Below, one piece after another: positions 54,913 through 64,000 of a stretch of DNA of 64,000 nt. The first letter of the stretch is position 1, and each line of letters starts with the position of its first letter. Location: assembly GCA_009886035.1 (NCBI GenBank), contig VFJN01000006.1:2263-66262 (forward strand). The letters run 5' to 3'. The notes under the pieces were generated by a model. That model had not been told where the DNA came from. It was given only the letters and a program-made list of their open reading frames with translations, and did not search any database. The DNA is from Actinomycetota bacterium. GTDB lineage: Bacteria > Actinomycetota > Acidimicrobiia > Acidimicrobiales > VFJN01. Made by a program: the position numbers and the translations under genes.

Positions 54913-57900
54913 CTAGCCATGAGCCGCCGCCATGATCGCCGTGTCCACGTCGAGCCCGGATTCTTCGGCGATCCGGGCCGCTTCGAGGACCCGCTTGTAG
55001 TCGCGCGGCATCACCTTTTTGAAGCGACGGACCTCGCTATGCCAGCGCTCGAGCATCTGGTGGGCCCGGGCCGACCCGGTGGCCTCCTCGTGGGCCCGCA
55101 GGGTCGTCCGAAGCCACTCGCTGTCATCGGGGTCGAGGGGCTCAAGTTCCACCAACTCGGCGTTCAGGCGCCGGAAAAAGGTGTCGTCGGGATCGTGCAC
55201 GAAGGCCACCCCACCCGACATGCCCGCGCCGAAGTTCCGACCGGTGGGACCGATCACTACGGCTCGTCCCCCGGTCATGTACTCGCAGGCATGGTCACCC
55301 ACGCCTTCCACCACTGCGGTGGCGCCGGAGTTGCGCACGCAGAACCGCTCACCCACGATGCCACGGGCAAACAGCTGGCCTCCCGTGGCTCCGTAGAGCA
55401 TCACGTTGCCAGCGATGATGTTGTCTTCGGCCACGAAGGAGGGGTGCGAATTTTCCGGTGGTCGGATGATGATGCGGCCCCCCGAAAGGCCCTTGCCGAC
55501 GTAGTCGTTGGCGTCACCTTCGAGCCGGAGGGTGATGCCGCGCGGCATGAAGGCCCCGAGGCTTTGGCCGGCTGAGCCAGTGAGGTTGATGGTGATGGTG
55601 TCGTCGGGGAGGCCTTCGCCTCGGTAGCGCTTGGTCAACTCATGGCCCAGCATCGTGCCGACGGTGCGATGGATGTTGCGGATCGCCATGGTGATCTCTA
55701 CGGGCTCGCCCTGTTCGAGAGCGGGGGCGGCTTGGCGGATGAGTTCGTTGTCGAGCGCATGCTCGAGGCCGTGATCCTGGGTGCCGGTGCAGTGGCGGTC
55801 CTGGTCGAACGCGGATTGGGGCTGGTGGAGGATCGGCGACAAGTCGAGCCCGCTCGCCTTCCAATGGTCCAGCGCCGCGCGCGTGTTGATGCACTCAACG
55901 TGACCGATGGCCTCAGCCAGGGAACGGAAGCCGAGGGCGGCGAGGTGCTCTCGCACTTCCTCGGCGATGAACTGGAAGAACGTCTCCACGAACTCAGGCT
56001 CTCCGGTGAAGCGGGCTCGTAACTCGGGATTTTGGGTGGCGATGCCCACCGGACAGGTGTCGAGATGACAGACGCGCATCATGATGCAGCCCGAGACCAC
56101 CAGGGGTGCGCTGGCGAAGCCGTACTCCTCGGCACCGAGGAGGGCCGCCACGATCACATCACGGCCTGTTTTCATCTGGCCGTCGGTCTGCACCACGATC
56201 CGGTCGCGCAGGCCGTTGAGGAGCAGGGTTTGTTGGGTCTCGGCCAAACCGAGTTCCCAGGGGGCCCCGGCGTGCTTGAGCGAGTTGAGAGGGCTGGCCC
56301 CGGTGCCGCCGTCGTGACCGGAGATGAGCACGACATCGGCTTTAGCCTTGGACACTCCCGCCGCCACGGTGCCCACGCCCACCTCGGCCACCAGTTTCAC
56401 GTGCACCCGAGCGCTGGGGTTGGCGTTTTTGAGATCGTGGATGAGTTGCTTCAGGTCCTCGATCGAATAGATGTCGTGGTGGGGGGGCGGGGAGATCAGG
56501 CCAACGCCGGGGGTGGAATACCGCGTCCGGGCGATCCAGGGGTACACCTTGCCGCCCGGCAGTTGGCCGCCCTCGCCCGGCTTGGCGCCTTGCGCCATCT
56601 TGATCTGGATGTCGTCGGCGGTGCTGAGGTACTCCGATGTCACCCCGAAGCGGCCGGAGGCCACCTGTTTGATGGCACTCCGGCGAGCCGGGTCGTAGAG
56701 ACGCTCCGGATCTTCGCCGCCCTCGCCGGTGTTGGATTTACCGCCGATGCGGTTCATGGCGATGGCCAGAGTCTGGTGGGCCTCCATGGAGATAGACCCG
56801 TAGCTCATGGCTCCGGTGGAAAAGCGCTTGATGATGGCGCTGGCGGGTTCAACTTCGCTGAGCGGGATGGCCGGGCGACCCTGCCCATGCAGTTCGAACA
56901 AGCCCCGCAGCGTGGCGAGTTGGCGGGCTTGATCATCCACGAGGCGGGTGTATTCCTTGAACACGTCGTAGCGCTTGGTGCGGGTGGCGTGTTGAAGCTT
57001 GAACACCGTCTTCGGGTTGAACAGGTGCACTTCGCCCTCGCGCCGCCACTGGTACTCGCCGCCGGCCCACAGTTCGCGATGGGCGGCTTCGGTGGGGCGG
57101 CTGAGATGGGCGAAGCGGTGCCGTCGGGCCACTTCCTCCGCCAGCACATCAAGGCCCACTCCGCTGATGCGACTGGCGGTGCCGGTGAAGTATTTCTCCA
57201 CGAGGTCCTCGGAGAGTCCGATGGCCTCGAAGGTCTGCGCCCCGGTGTAGGAGGCCAAGGTGGAGATGCCCATCTTGGACATGATCTTGAGCACACCCTT
57301 GGTGCTCGCCTTGGCGAAGTTTTTCACGGCTTGGCGCTTGGTGATCCCGGTAATCACGCCGTTATCGATCAGATCTTCGATGGTCTCGAAAGCCAGGTAG
57401 GGGTTGATAGCGGCGGCGCCGTAGCCGACCAACAGCGCCATGTGATGCACTTCGCGGGCGTCGCCACACTCCACGACGAGGCCAACTTGGGTGCGGGTTC
57501 GCTCCCGGATCAGGTGGTGGTGCACCGCCGAGGTGAGTAACAGCGACGGGATCGGGGCCAGTTCTGTGGAGGAGTAGCGGTCGGACAGCACAATGAGGGT
57601 GGCCCCATCAGCGATGGCTGCGCTCACCTTGGCCCGCACCTCCTCCAGGGCCCGCCGCAGGCCCTCGCCGCCTTCGGCCACGCGGTACAGGCCGTCGATG
57701 GCGAACGTTTTGAATCCGGGCATGTTGTCGTCGTCGTTGATGTAGAGCAGTTTCGCCAACTGCTCGTTGGAGATGATCGGGTGGGGGAGCACCACCTGGC
57801 GGCACGAGCCGGGGCCGGGACGGAGCAGATTGGATTCGGGACCGATGGTGCCGCCCATCGAGGTCACCAGTTCCTCGCGGATGGCATCGAGGGGTGGGTT

Positions 57901-59457
57901 GGTGACCTGGGCAAAGAGTTGCTGGAAGTAGTCGAACAGCAGGCGGGGACGATCGGAGAGCACGGCGACCGGGGTGTCGGTGCCCATCGAGCCGATCGGC
58001 TCGGCGCCGGTGCGGGCCATGGGCGCGATGAGGATCTTGAGCTCCTCGGAGGTGTAGCCAAACTCTCGCTGGTGGGTTACGACCGAGGCGTGTTGGGGCG
58101 TGAGGAAGGCGCGGCCGGGAAGGTCATCGAGGTGCACGAGCCCGGCGTGGAGCCACTCGCTGTAGGGCTGCTGGGCGGCGAGGGCTTCTTTGATCTCGTC
58201 ATCGCCCACGATGCGTCCGATCTTCGTGTCGATGAGGAACATGCGCCCCGGCTGGAGCCGTCCCTTTTGCACCACGGTGGCGGGGTCGATTGGCAAGACA
58301 CCAACTTCCGATGCCATCACCACGAGGCCGTCTTCGGTTACCCAGTAGCGCGACGGCCGCAAGCCGTTGCGGTCGAGCACGGCGCCGATCACCGTGCCGT
58401 CGGTGAAGGCGATCGATGCCGGGCCGTCCCACGGCTCCATCACCGAGGCATGGAAGCGGTAAAAATCGCGCTTCCAGTCGGGCATGGATTCGTGGTTTTC
58501 CCAAGCCTCGGGGATCATCATCAGCACGGCATGGGGGAGCGAGTACCCGCCGAGGTGCAGGAGTTCGAGCACCTCGTCGAAGCGGGCGGTGTCGGAACTG
58601 CCCGGCGTGCAGATCGGGAACGCCCGGTCTAGGCCCTCGATGAGATCAGATTCGAGCAGGGCCTCACGAGCCCGCATCCAGTTCTCATTTCCCATCACGG
58701 TGTTGATCTCGCCGTTGTGGGCGACGAAGCGATAGGGATGGGCAAGAGGCCACGACGGAAAGGTGTTGGTGGAGAAGCGGCTGTGAACGAGAGCGAGGGC
58801 CGACTCGACCCGCTCGTCGGCGAGGTCGGTGAAGAAGGCCCCGACCTGGTACGAGATGAGCATTCCCTTGTACACCATCGTGCGCGCCGAGAGGCTGGGG
58901 AAATACACCGGCCCACCCTCGAGGGCGAGTTCGTGTTCCACCCGCTTGCGCACCACGAAACACTTGCGATCCAGCGCGATGTCCGCCAGCGGACGATGAC
59001 CTTCGGCCACCGCCAGGAACACCTGGCGGAACGATGGCTCCACCTCGGCCGCCTGCTGGCCGATCATGCTGTCGTCGGTGGGCACGTCGCGCCATCCCAA
59101 GACCTGTAACCCCTCGGCTACGGCGATCTTTTCGATGCCGGCCATCGCCGCCGCTTCCACCTCGGGGTCCTGGGGGAGGAACGCCATTCCCGTGGCGTAC
59201 GACCCGGCCGGGGGTAGCTCAAAGTCCACGACGTCGCGCAAGAAGCGATCAGGGATCTGGATGAGGATGCCCGCCCCATCACCGACGTTGGGCTCGGCAT
59301 TGGTGGCCCCTCGGTGATCAAGGTTGCAGAGGGAAGCCAGGCCGAGGCGCACCATTTCGTGGCTGGGACGGCCGTGAAGGTCGGCCACGAAGGACACTCC
59401 GCACGCGTCATGCTCGAAACGCGGGTCGTACAAGCCTTGTTTGGTGGGCAACATCAA
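54913..59457 (-). CDS. gltB: glutamate synthase large subunit
   Basis: 1514 aa. N-terminal Ntn amidotransferase Cys in EHDACGVSF, then central, FMN and GXGXG domains. Confidence 0.95.
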   Translation of the reverse strand: MMLPTKQGLYDPRFEHDACGVSFVADLHGRPSHEMVRLGLASLCNLDHRGATNAEPNVGDGAGILIQIPDRFLRDVVDFELPPAGSYATGMAFLPQDPEVEAAAMAGIEKIAVAEGLQVLGWRDVPTDDSMIGQQAAEVEPSFRQVFLAVAEGHRPLADIALDRKCFVVRKRVEHELALEGGPVYFPSLSARTMVYKGMLISYQVGAFFTDLADERVESALALVHSRFSTNTFPSWPLAHPYRFVAHNGEINTVMGNENWMRAREALLESDLIEGLDRAFPICTPGSSDTARFDEVLELLHLGGYSLPHAVLMMIPEAWENHESMPDWKRDFYRFHASVMEPWDGPASIAFTDGTVIGAVLDRNGLRPSRYWVTEDGLVVMASEVGVLPIDPATVVQKGRLQPGRMFLIDTKIGRIVGDDEIKEALAAQQPYSEWLHAGLVHLDDLPGRAFLTPQHASVVTHQREFGYTSEELKILIAPMARTGAEPIGSMGTDTPVAVLSDRPRLLFDYFQQLFAQVTNPPLDAIREELVTSMGGTIGPESNLLRPGPGSCRQVVLPHPIISNEQLAKLLYINDDDNMPGFKTFAIDGLYRVAEGGEGLRRALEEVRAKVSAAIADGATLIVLSDRYSSTELAPIPSLLLTSAVHHHLIRERTRTQVGLVVECGDAREVHHMALLVGYGAAAINPYLAFETIEDLIDNGVITGITKRQAVKNFAKASTKGVLKIMSKMGISTLASYTGAQTFEAIGLSEDLVEKYFTGTASRISGVGLDVLAEEVARRHRFAHLSRPTEAAHRELWAGGEYQWRREGEVHLFNPKTVFKLQHATRTKRYDVFKEYTRLVDDQARQLATLRGLFELHGQGRPAIPLSEVEPASAIIKRFSTGAMSYGSISMEAHQTLAIAMNRIGGKSNTGEGGEDPERLYDPARRSAIKQVASGRFGVTSEYLSTADDIQIKMAQGAKPGEGGQLPGGKVYPWIARTRYSTPGVGLISPPPHHDIYSIEDLKQLIHDLKNANPSARVHVKLVAEVGVGTVAAGVSKAKADVVLISGHDGGTGASPLNSLKHAGAPWELGLAETQQTLLLNGLRDRIVVQTDGQMKTGRDVIVAALLGAEEYGFASAPLVVSGCIMMRVCHLDTCPVGIATQNPELRARFTGEPEFVETFFQFIAEEVREHLAALGFRSLAEAIGHVECINTRAALDHWKASGLDLSPILHQPQSAFDQDRHCTGTQDHGLEHALDNELIRQAAPALEQGEPVEITMAIRNIHRTVGTMLGHELTKRYRGEGLPDDTITINLTGSAGQSLGAFMPRGITLRLEGDANDYVGKGLSGGRIIIRPPENSHPSFVAEDNIIAGNVMLYGATGGQLFARGIVGERFCVRNSGATAVVEGVGDHACEYMTGGRAVVIGPTGRNFGAGMSGGVAFVHDPDDTFFRRLNAELVELEPLDPDDSEWLRTTLRAHEEATGSARAHQMLERWHSEVRRFKKVMPRDYKRVLEAARIAEESGLDVDTAIMAAAHG

Positions 59458-59711
59458 GTTCGATTCCCCCGGGGAGCGGTGGATCAGCGATCAGGTCCAG
59501 AGCTCTGCGGTGGGACGACGATGGCCCGCTGCAGCTGTGGTCACCTTATCGTCAGGTGGGGGCTTCGGGCCAGCCGTTTCAACTCCGGGGGTGGATCCGG
59601 GCCGAGCCGAGGGGTGGGGACGGGGCCGAGACGACGTCGTCTGGCCGTCGCGGTCGGGTGATCGGTACGCTGACGTGTTCGTATCTCGATATCTCTATGG
59701 GGGGAAGTTGT

Positions 59712-60893
59712 ATGGCTGGTTCCGTGATTCTCGCAGGTGCTCGCACACCCATCGGCAAGTTGTCGGGTGCTCTGGCGGGGTTCTCGGCGGCCGAACTTGG
59801 CGGCTTCGCCATCAAGGAGGCCCTCATCCGGGCGGGTCTCACCGGCGAGCAGGTGGATTACGTTTTTATGGGCCAGGTGCTCCAGGCCGGGGCCGGTCAG
59901 ATCGCGTCACGTCAGGCCGCCGTGCATGGCGGTATCCCGCTGTCGGTGCCGGCGAGCACCATCAATAAGGTGTGCCTCTCGGGCCTCAACACCATCCATC
60001 TCGCCGATCAGATGATTCGCTCGGGTGAGGCCGACATCGTGGTGGCCGGTGGCATGGAATCCATGACCCAGGCTCCCTATCTGCTCCCCGGTGCCCGCGC
60101 TGGTTTCCGCATCGGTGATCAGAAGGTGGTCGACTCGATGATGTTCGATGGTCTTTTCTGCGCCTTCGATCAGGTGGCGATGGGGGCCGGTACGGAGAAG
60201 TACGCCGCGTCAGCGGGCCTGGCTCGGGAGCCACAGGATGCGCTGGCGGCGATGTCCCACGAGCGCGCCGCCCGGGCAGCCAAGGACGGCCTCTTCGACA
60301 ACGAGATCGTGAAGGTAGAGGTTCCCCAGCGCAAGGGTGATCCGGTGATCTTTGATACGGACGAAGGGGTGCGGGGAGATACCACCGCCGAGTCGCTTGG
60401 CAAACTGCGCCCGGCGTTCGACAAGGCCGGCAACATCACGGCGGGCAACGCTTCGCAGATCTCCGACGGCGGTGCTGCGGTCATCGTCACCTCCATGGCG
60501 ATGGCTGAGAAACTCGGGAGGCAGCCCCTGGGTGAGATCGTGGGCTACGGCCAGGTGGCCGGCCCGGACCCGTCGCTCCTCACCCAGCCCGCCCGCGCCA
60601 TCAAACAGGCGGTGGAGCGGGCCGGGAAGTCGGTGAGCGACATTTCGTTGTTCGAACTCAACGAGGCGTTCGCGGCGGTGGGTCTAGCCTCGATGGCTGA
60701 TCTCGGCATCAGCGACGACATCGTGAACGTGAACGGCGGGGCTATTGCCCTCGGTCACCCCGTGGGCATGTCGGGCACGCGCGTGGCTCTCACGATTTTG
60801 TTGGAACTCGCCCGCCGGGGTGGTGGCCTCGGGGCCGCCGCGCTGTGCGGCGGAGGCGGTCAAGGCGACGCCATTCTTCTCCAAACCCTGTAG
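59712..60893 (+). CDS. acetyl-CoA C-acetyltransferase (thiolase II)
   Basis: Start at ATG 59712 (MAGSVILAGARTPIGK). Active-site NKVCLSG, with GHPVGMSG and CGGGGQG near the C-terminus. Confidence 0.9.
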   Translation: MAGSVILAGARTPIGKLSGALAGFSAAELGGFAIKEALIRAGLTGEQVDYVFMGQVLQAGAGQIASRQAAVHGGIPLSVPASTINKVCLSGLNTIHLADQMIRSGEADIVVAGGMESMTQAPYLLPGARAGFRIGDQKVVDSMMFDGLFCAFDQVAMGAGTEKYAASAGLAREPQDALAAMSHERAARAAKDGLFDNEIVKVEVPQRKGDPVIFDTDEGVRGDTTAESLGKLRPAFDKAGNITAGNASQISDGGAAVIVTSMAMAEKLGRQPLGEIVGYGQVAGPDPSLLTQPARAIKQAVERAGKSVSDISLFELNEAFAAVGLASMADLGISDDIVNVNGGAIALGHPVGMSGTRVALTILLELARRGGGLGAAALCGGGGQGDAILLQTL

Positions 60894-61003
60894 TCCTCAG
60901 CGCATCCTGCGGGGGGTTGGTACCGGCCCCTAAGTGGCCGAAACCACCCGGGAACCGGGGGGTTGTTTGACAAGGTGGCAGGGGTTGGGGCCAATGTTGC
61001 GCC

Positions 61004-63691
61004 GTGGCAAAGCCGCTCGTGATCGTCGAATCCCCAGCCAAAGCGCGAACCATCGAGGGTTTCCTCGGCGGTGAGTTCACCGTTTTGGCGTCGATGGGAC
61101 ACATCCGCGACCTATCCCCCAAGGGCCTTAGCGTCGACGTCGACAACGACTTCGCCGTGGAATATCTGGTGCACGCCAGCAAGAAGGACGTGATCGCCAA
61201 GTTGCGGAAAGCGCTGAAGGGCGCCGACCAGCTCTATCTCGCCACTGATGAGGATCGTGAGGGCGAAGCGATCTCATGGCATCTGCTCGAGGTGCTCAAG
61301 CCGACGGTGCCGGTGAAGCGCATGGTGTTTCACGAGATCACCAAGGCGGCGATCGAGCAGGCCATCGCTGAGTCCCGTGACATCGACTACGGCCTCGTCG
61401 ACGCCCAAGAGAGTCGTCGTATTGTGGATCGCCTCTATGGCTATCCGCTGTCAGAGGTGTGCTGGCGCAAGATCCGCCAGGGGCTTTCCGCCGGTCGGGT
61501 GCAGTCGCCCAGCGTCCGCCTTGTGGTGGAGCGGGAACGAGAGCGGATGGCGTTTGTGGCGGCCAGTTATTGGGATCTCAGCGCCGCTTTCCCCACTGAT
61601 CCAGCCTTCACGGCGTCGCTCGCCACCATCGACGGCCACCGCGTGGCCGGCAGCCGCGACTTCAACGCCCAGGGCGGCACGAAGCGCGACGACATCGCCA
61701 TCCTCGACGAGGTGAGCGCGGCGCGTCTCCAGGGCGGGTTGGCGGACCAGGCCTTTGCCGTGGCGAGCACCGACACGAAGCCGTACAGCTCTCGCCCCAA
61801 GCCGCCCTTCATCACCTCAACCCTTCAGCAGGTGGGCGGTTCCCGTCTGCGGATGAGTAGCCGCCAGGTTATGAGCCTGGCCCAGGGACTCTACGAAGAC
61901 GGCTACATCACCTACATGCGAACCGACAGCACCACGTTGTCCGGTACCGCTATTGCGGCCGCCCGAAAGGTGATCGGGAGTCAGTTCGGACCCGACTACC
62001 TCACCGACACGCCTCGCACCTACGCCAAGAAGAGTAAAAACGCGCAAGAGGCCCACGAGGCCATTCGCCCGGCGGGGGACACGTTCCGGACCCCCGATCA
62101 GTTGCGGGGGGAACTCCGTGGCGATCAACTGCGGCTCTACGAACTCATCTACCAGCGCACGGTGGCGAGCCAGATGCCCGACGCCCGGGGCAACACCGTC
62201 ACCGTTCGCATCGGTGCCAGCACGGCCGATGGCGTGGCGACAGAGTGGACGGCATCGGGCCGCACCATCACCTTCCCCGGGTGGCAGGCGGTGTACGGAT
62301 TCAAAGGCGAAGACGATGCCGAGGAGAGTGGCGACGACACCGCCAGACTTCCGAATCTGGAGCAGGGCCAGGCGTTGCCAAACCCCTTGGTGGAGGCTGC
62401 CGGTCACGCCACCCAGCCCCCGTTCCGCTACACGGAGGCCACTCTGGTGAAGATGCTGGAGGAAAAAGGCATCGGCCGTCCCTCCACGTACGCCTCGACG
62501 ATGGACACCATTCAGGCTCGGGGCTACGTGTGGAAAAAAGGTCAGGCTCTCGTGCCCACCACCGATGCCTTTGCGGTGGTGAAACTGCTGGAGGACCACT
62601 TCAGTCATCTGGTGGACTACGAATTCACCGCCCGTATGGAAGACGATCTCGATGAAATCGCCGGCGGTCGGCAGGCTCGCCTTCCGTGGTTGACGCACTT
62701 CTGGTTTGGCGACGACGGCCAGGGCGTGAAGGGCCTCAAGGACAAGGCTCTCGAGGAGGCCGATGCGGAGGCCATCAACACGATTCCGCTGGGGGTCGAC
62801 GACGACGGTGTCCCGATCGTTCTGCGTAATGGTCGCTACGGCCCGTACCTCCGGCGCGGTGAGGAAACCGCCTCAATTCCTGATGATCTGCCGCTGGATG
62901 AAGTAACGATTGCTCGCGCGGTGGAGATCCTCTCCGCCCCCAAGGGTGGCGAACCGCTCGGCGAGGACCCCGATACAGGCCTGCCGGTGTTCGCCAAGAG
63001 CGGGCGGTTTGGGCCGTACGTGCAACTGGGCGACGCCGACACCCTGCCTCCCGACACCAAGCCCAAGATGTCGTCGCTTTTCCAGACCATGTCGCTGTCC
63101 ACCCTCACCCTCAGCGACGCGCTTCAGGTACTGCGATTGCCGCGGCTGGTGGGCGCTCATCCCGCCGACGGGGGCGAGATCATCGCCGCCAACGGCCGTT
63201 TTGGGCCGTTCGTGAAGTGGGGTGAGGAAACTCGCAGCGTGGACAGCGAGGAGCAACTCCTCGCCATCACCGTGGACGATGCGGTCAAGGTGCTGGCTGA
63301 GCCAAAGAAGTTTGGGCGTCGAAAGACGGCGCCCGCCCCGCCGCTGAAGGAACTCGGGAACGACCCCGTGTCGGAGAAACCCGTCGTAGTGAAGGACGGG
63401 CGCTTCGGACCGTATGTCACCGATGGCGAGACCAACGCCAGCCTGCGCAAGGGCGACTCGGTGGAGAACGTGACGATTGAGCGGGCCGCTGAACTCCTGC
63501 AGATTCGTCGCGATGCCGGCCCCGTGAAGAAGACGGCCCGGCGTGGAGCCACCAAGAAGAAGGCCACCAAGGCCACCAAGGCCACCAAGAAAGTCACCAA
63601 GAAGAAGGCCACCAAGGCCACGAAGAAGGTCACCAAGAAGGCGGCGGTCACCAAGGCGGCCCCCGCCATTGCCCCGCCCGTCGACGCCTAA
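61004..63691 (+). CDS. topA: DNA topoisomerase I
   Basis: TOPRIM VIVESPAKA and active-site ITYMRTDS. Four Cys-less C-terminal GR(F/Y)GP(Y/F) repeats and a Lys-rich tail. GTG start. Confidence 0.95.
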   Translation: MAKPLVIVESPAKARTIEGFLGGEFTVLASMGHIRDLSPKGLSVDVDNDFAVEYLVHASKKDVIAKLRKALKGADQLYLATDEDREGEAISWHLLEVLKPTVPVKRMVFHEITKAAIEQAIAESRDIDYGLVDAQESRRIVDRLYGYPLSEVCWRKIRQGLSAGRVQSPSVRLVVERERERMAFVAASYWDLSAAFPTDPAFTASLATIDGHRVAGSRDFNAQGGTKRDDIAILDEVSAARLQGGLADQAFAVASTDTKPYSSRPKPPFITSTLQQVGGSRLRMSSRQVMSLAQGLYEDGYITYMRTDSTTLSGTAIAAARKVIGSQFGPDYLTDTPRTYAKKSKNAQEAHEAIRPAGDTFRTPDQLRGELRGDQLRLYELIYQRTVASQMPDARGNTVTVRIGASTADGVATEWTASGRTITFPGWQAVYGFKGEDDAEESGDDTARLPNLEQGQALPNPLVEAAGHATQPPFRYTEATLVKMLEEKGIGRPSTYASTMDTIQARGYVWKKGQALVPTTDAFAVVKLLEDHFSHLVDYEFTARMEDDLDEIAGGRQARLPWLTHFWFGDDGQGVKGLKDKALEEADAEAINTIPLGVDDDGVPIVLRNGRYGPYLRRGEETASIPDDLPLDEVTIARAVEILSAPKGGEPLGEDPDTGLPVFAKSGRFGPYVQLGDADTLPPDTKPKMSSLFQTMSLSTLTLSDALQVLRLPRLVGAHPADGGEIIAANGRFGPFVKWGEETRSVDSEEQLLAITVDDAVKVLAEPKKFGRRKTAPAPPLKELGNDPVSEKPVVVKDGRFGPYVTDGETNASLRKGDSVENVTIERAAELLQIRRDAGPVKKTARRGATKKKATKATKATKKVTKKKATKATKKVTKKAAVTKAAPAIAPPVDA
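63551..63657 (+). repeat. in-frame tandem repeat encoding the Lys/Thr/Ala-rich TopA tail
   Basis: A perfect 26-nt direct repeat, ACCAAGAAGAAGGCCACCAAGGCCAC, at 63551-63576 and 63596-63621 (45-nt = 15-codon offset), inside a run of AAG/ACC/GCC codons. Confidence 0.7.
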
Positions 63692-63731
63692 TCGCCCGGC
63701 GACGGACGCCTGACCCCCTAACGTGGAGGAA

Positions 63732-64000
63732 ATGGCGGAAGCGCGCCAGGTGCCGTTGCCCGGGCTTGAACCCTCGGGTAACGAGGTGCCCACCGATCCC
63801 AGCCTCGGCACCGGTCCAGGCGCAAAGGCCGGTTTCCGCGTCCGGATATTCGGCTCGCCCCAGTTCTTCCACCTATGGCTCACGCAGGTGGCCTCCGCCA
63901 CCGGCGACTGGCTGGGGTTCCTCGCCATTGCGTCATTGGCTGCCCATATCGGTGGTCAGAAGGGCGCGGCGGCGGCGGTGGGGTTGGTGATGTCGGCGCG
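63732..64000 (+). CDS. MFS transporter, 3' end beyond the window
   Basis: Open frame from ATG 63732 to the window edge. FRVRIFGSPQFFHLWLTQVASATGDWLGFLAI is a typical MFS N-terminal TM1 region. Not in the ORF track because it has no stop. Confidence 0.55.
   Translation, partial: MAEARQVPLPGLEPSGNEVPTDPSLGTGPGAKAGFRVRIFGSPQFFHLWLTQVASATGDWLGFLAIASLAAHIGGQKGAAAAVGLVMSA

Noticed and set aside
54898-58632. Several plus-strand ORFs of 225-502 aa (54898-55575, 56032-57540, 57781-58632)
   Set aside because: All are antisense to the 1514-aa gltB, whose domain order is complete on the minus strand.
59629-59642. Perfect 14-bp palindrome AGACGACGTCGTCT in the gltB/thiolase divergent spacer
   Set aside because: A 14-bp perfect palindrome is expected a few times by chance in 64 kb of GC-rich DNA, and I found no second copy or phasing. 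Noted only as a weak operator candidate.

Overview
High-GC, actinobacterial-type chromosomal segment. The WhiB regulator, acyl-CoA carboxylase epsilon subunit, GSII plus GSI pair, Get3/ArsA-like ATPase pair and Cys-less TopA C-terminus all point that way; exact taxon cannot be set without a database search. It is densely coding, with about 65 genes, and many junctions are translationally coupled (ATGA/GTGA overlaps). I found no rRNA, CRISPR array, transposase or integrase, and only one tRNA, tRNA-Pro(CGG). Most content is housekeeping. Nitrogen assimilation: glnII, glnA, an atypical OmpR-type regulator, gltBD and nadE. Aspartate family: lysC-asd. Fe-S carriers: an IscA/ErpA-like protein and Mrp/ApbC. 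Acyl-CoA and ethylmalonyl-CoA metabolism: ccr-epimerase, ecm/meaA-like mutase, carboxyltransferase beta plus epsilon, thiolase, hbd, two paralogous acyl-CoA dehydrogenases and a CoA transferase. Also present are a heterodimeric ABC exporter, whiB, nfeD and topA. The most interesting locus is a type-1 microbial rhodopsin at 25956-26786. It has a DTE proton-pump motif, the Schiff-base lysine, Leu at the green-tuning site, and Gly at the xanthorhodopsin carotenoid-antenna position. It sits in a lower-GC patch beside tRNA-Pro and two DoxX-like paralogues, with no retinal or carotenoid genes in the window. Secondary leads: an uncharacterised DUF455/ferritin-like three-gene operon with an upstream 32-aa sORF next to the ABC exporter; a miniaturised xanthine-dehydrogenase-like Fe-S fusion protein; an OmpR-family regulator with a degenerate receiver domain beside the two glutamine synthetase genes, plus repeat motifs in their shared promoter region; a 58-aa accE-like gene missed by the ORF track; and several candidate operators. 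Many long ORFs in the track are antisense shadow ORFs typical of high-GC DNA and were rejected. All functional calls come from motif recognition by eye, not from searches.
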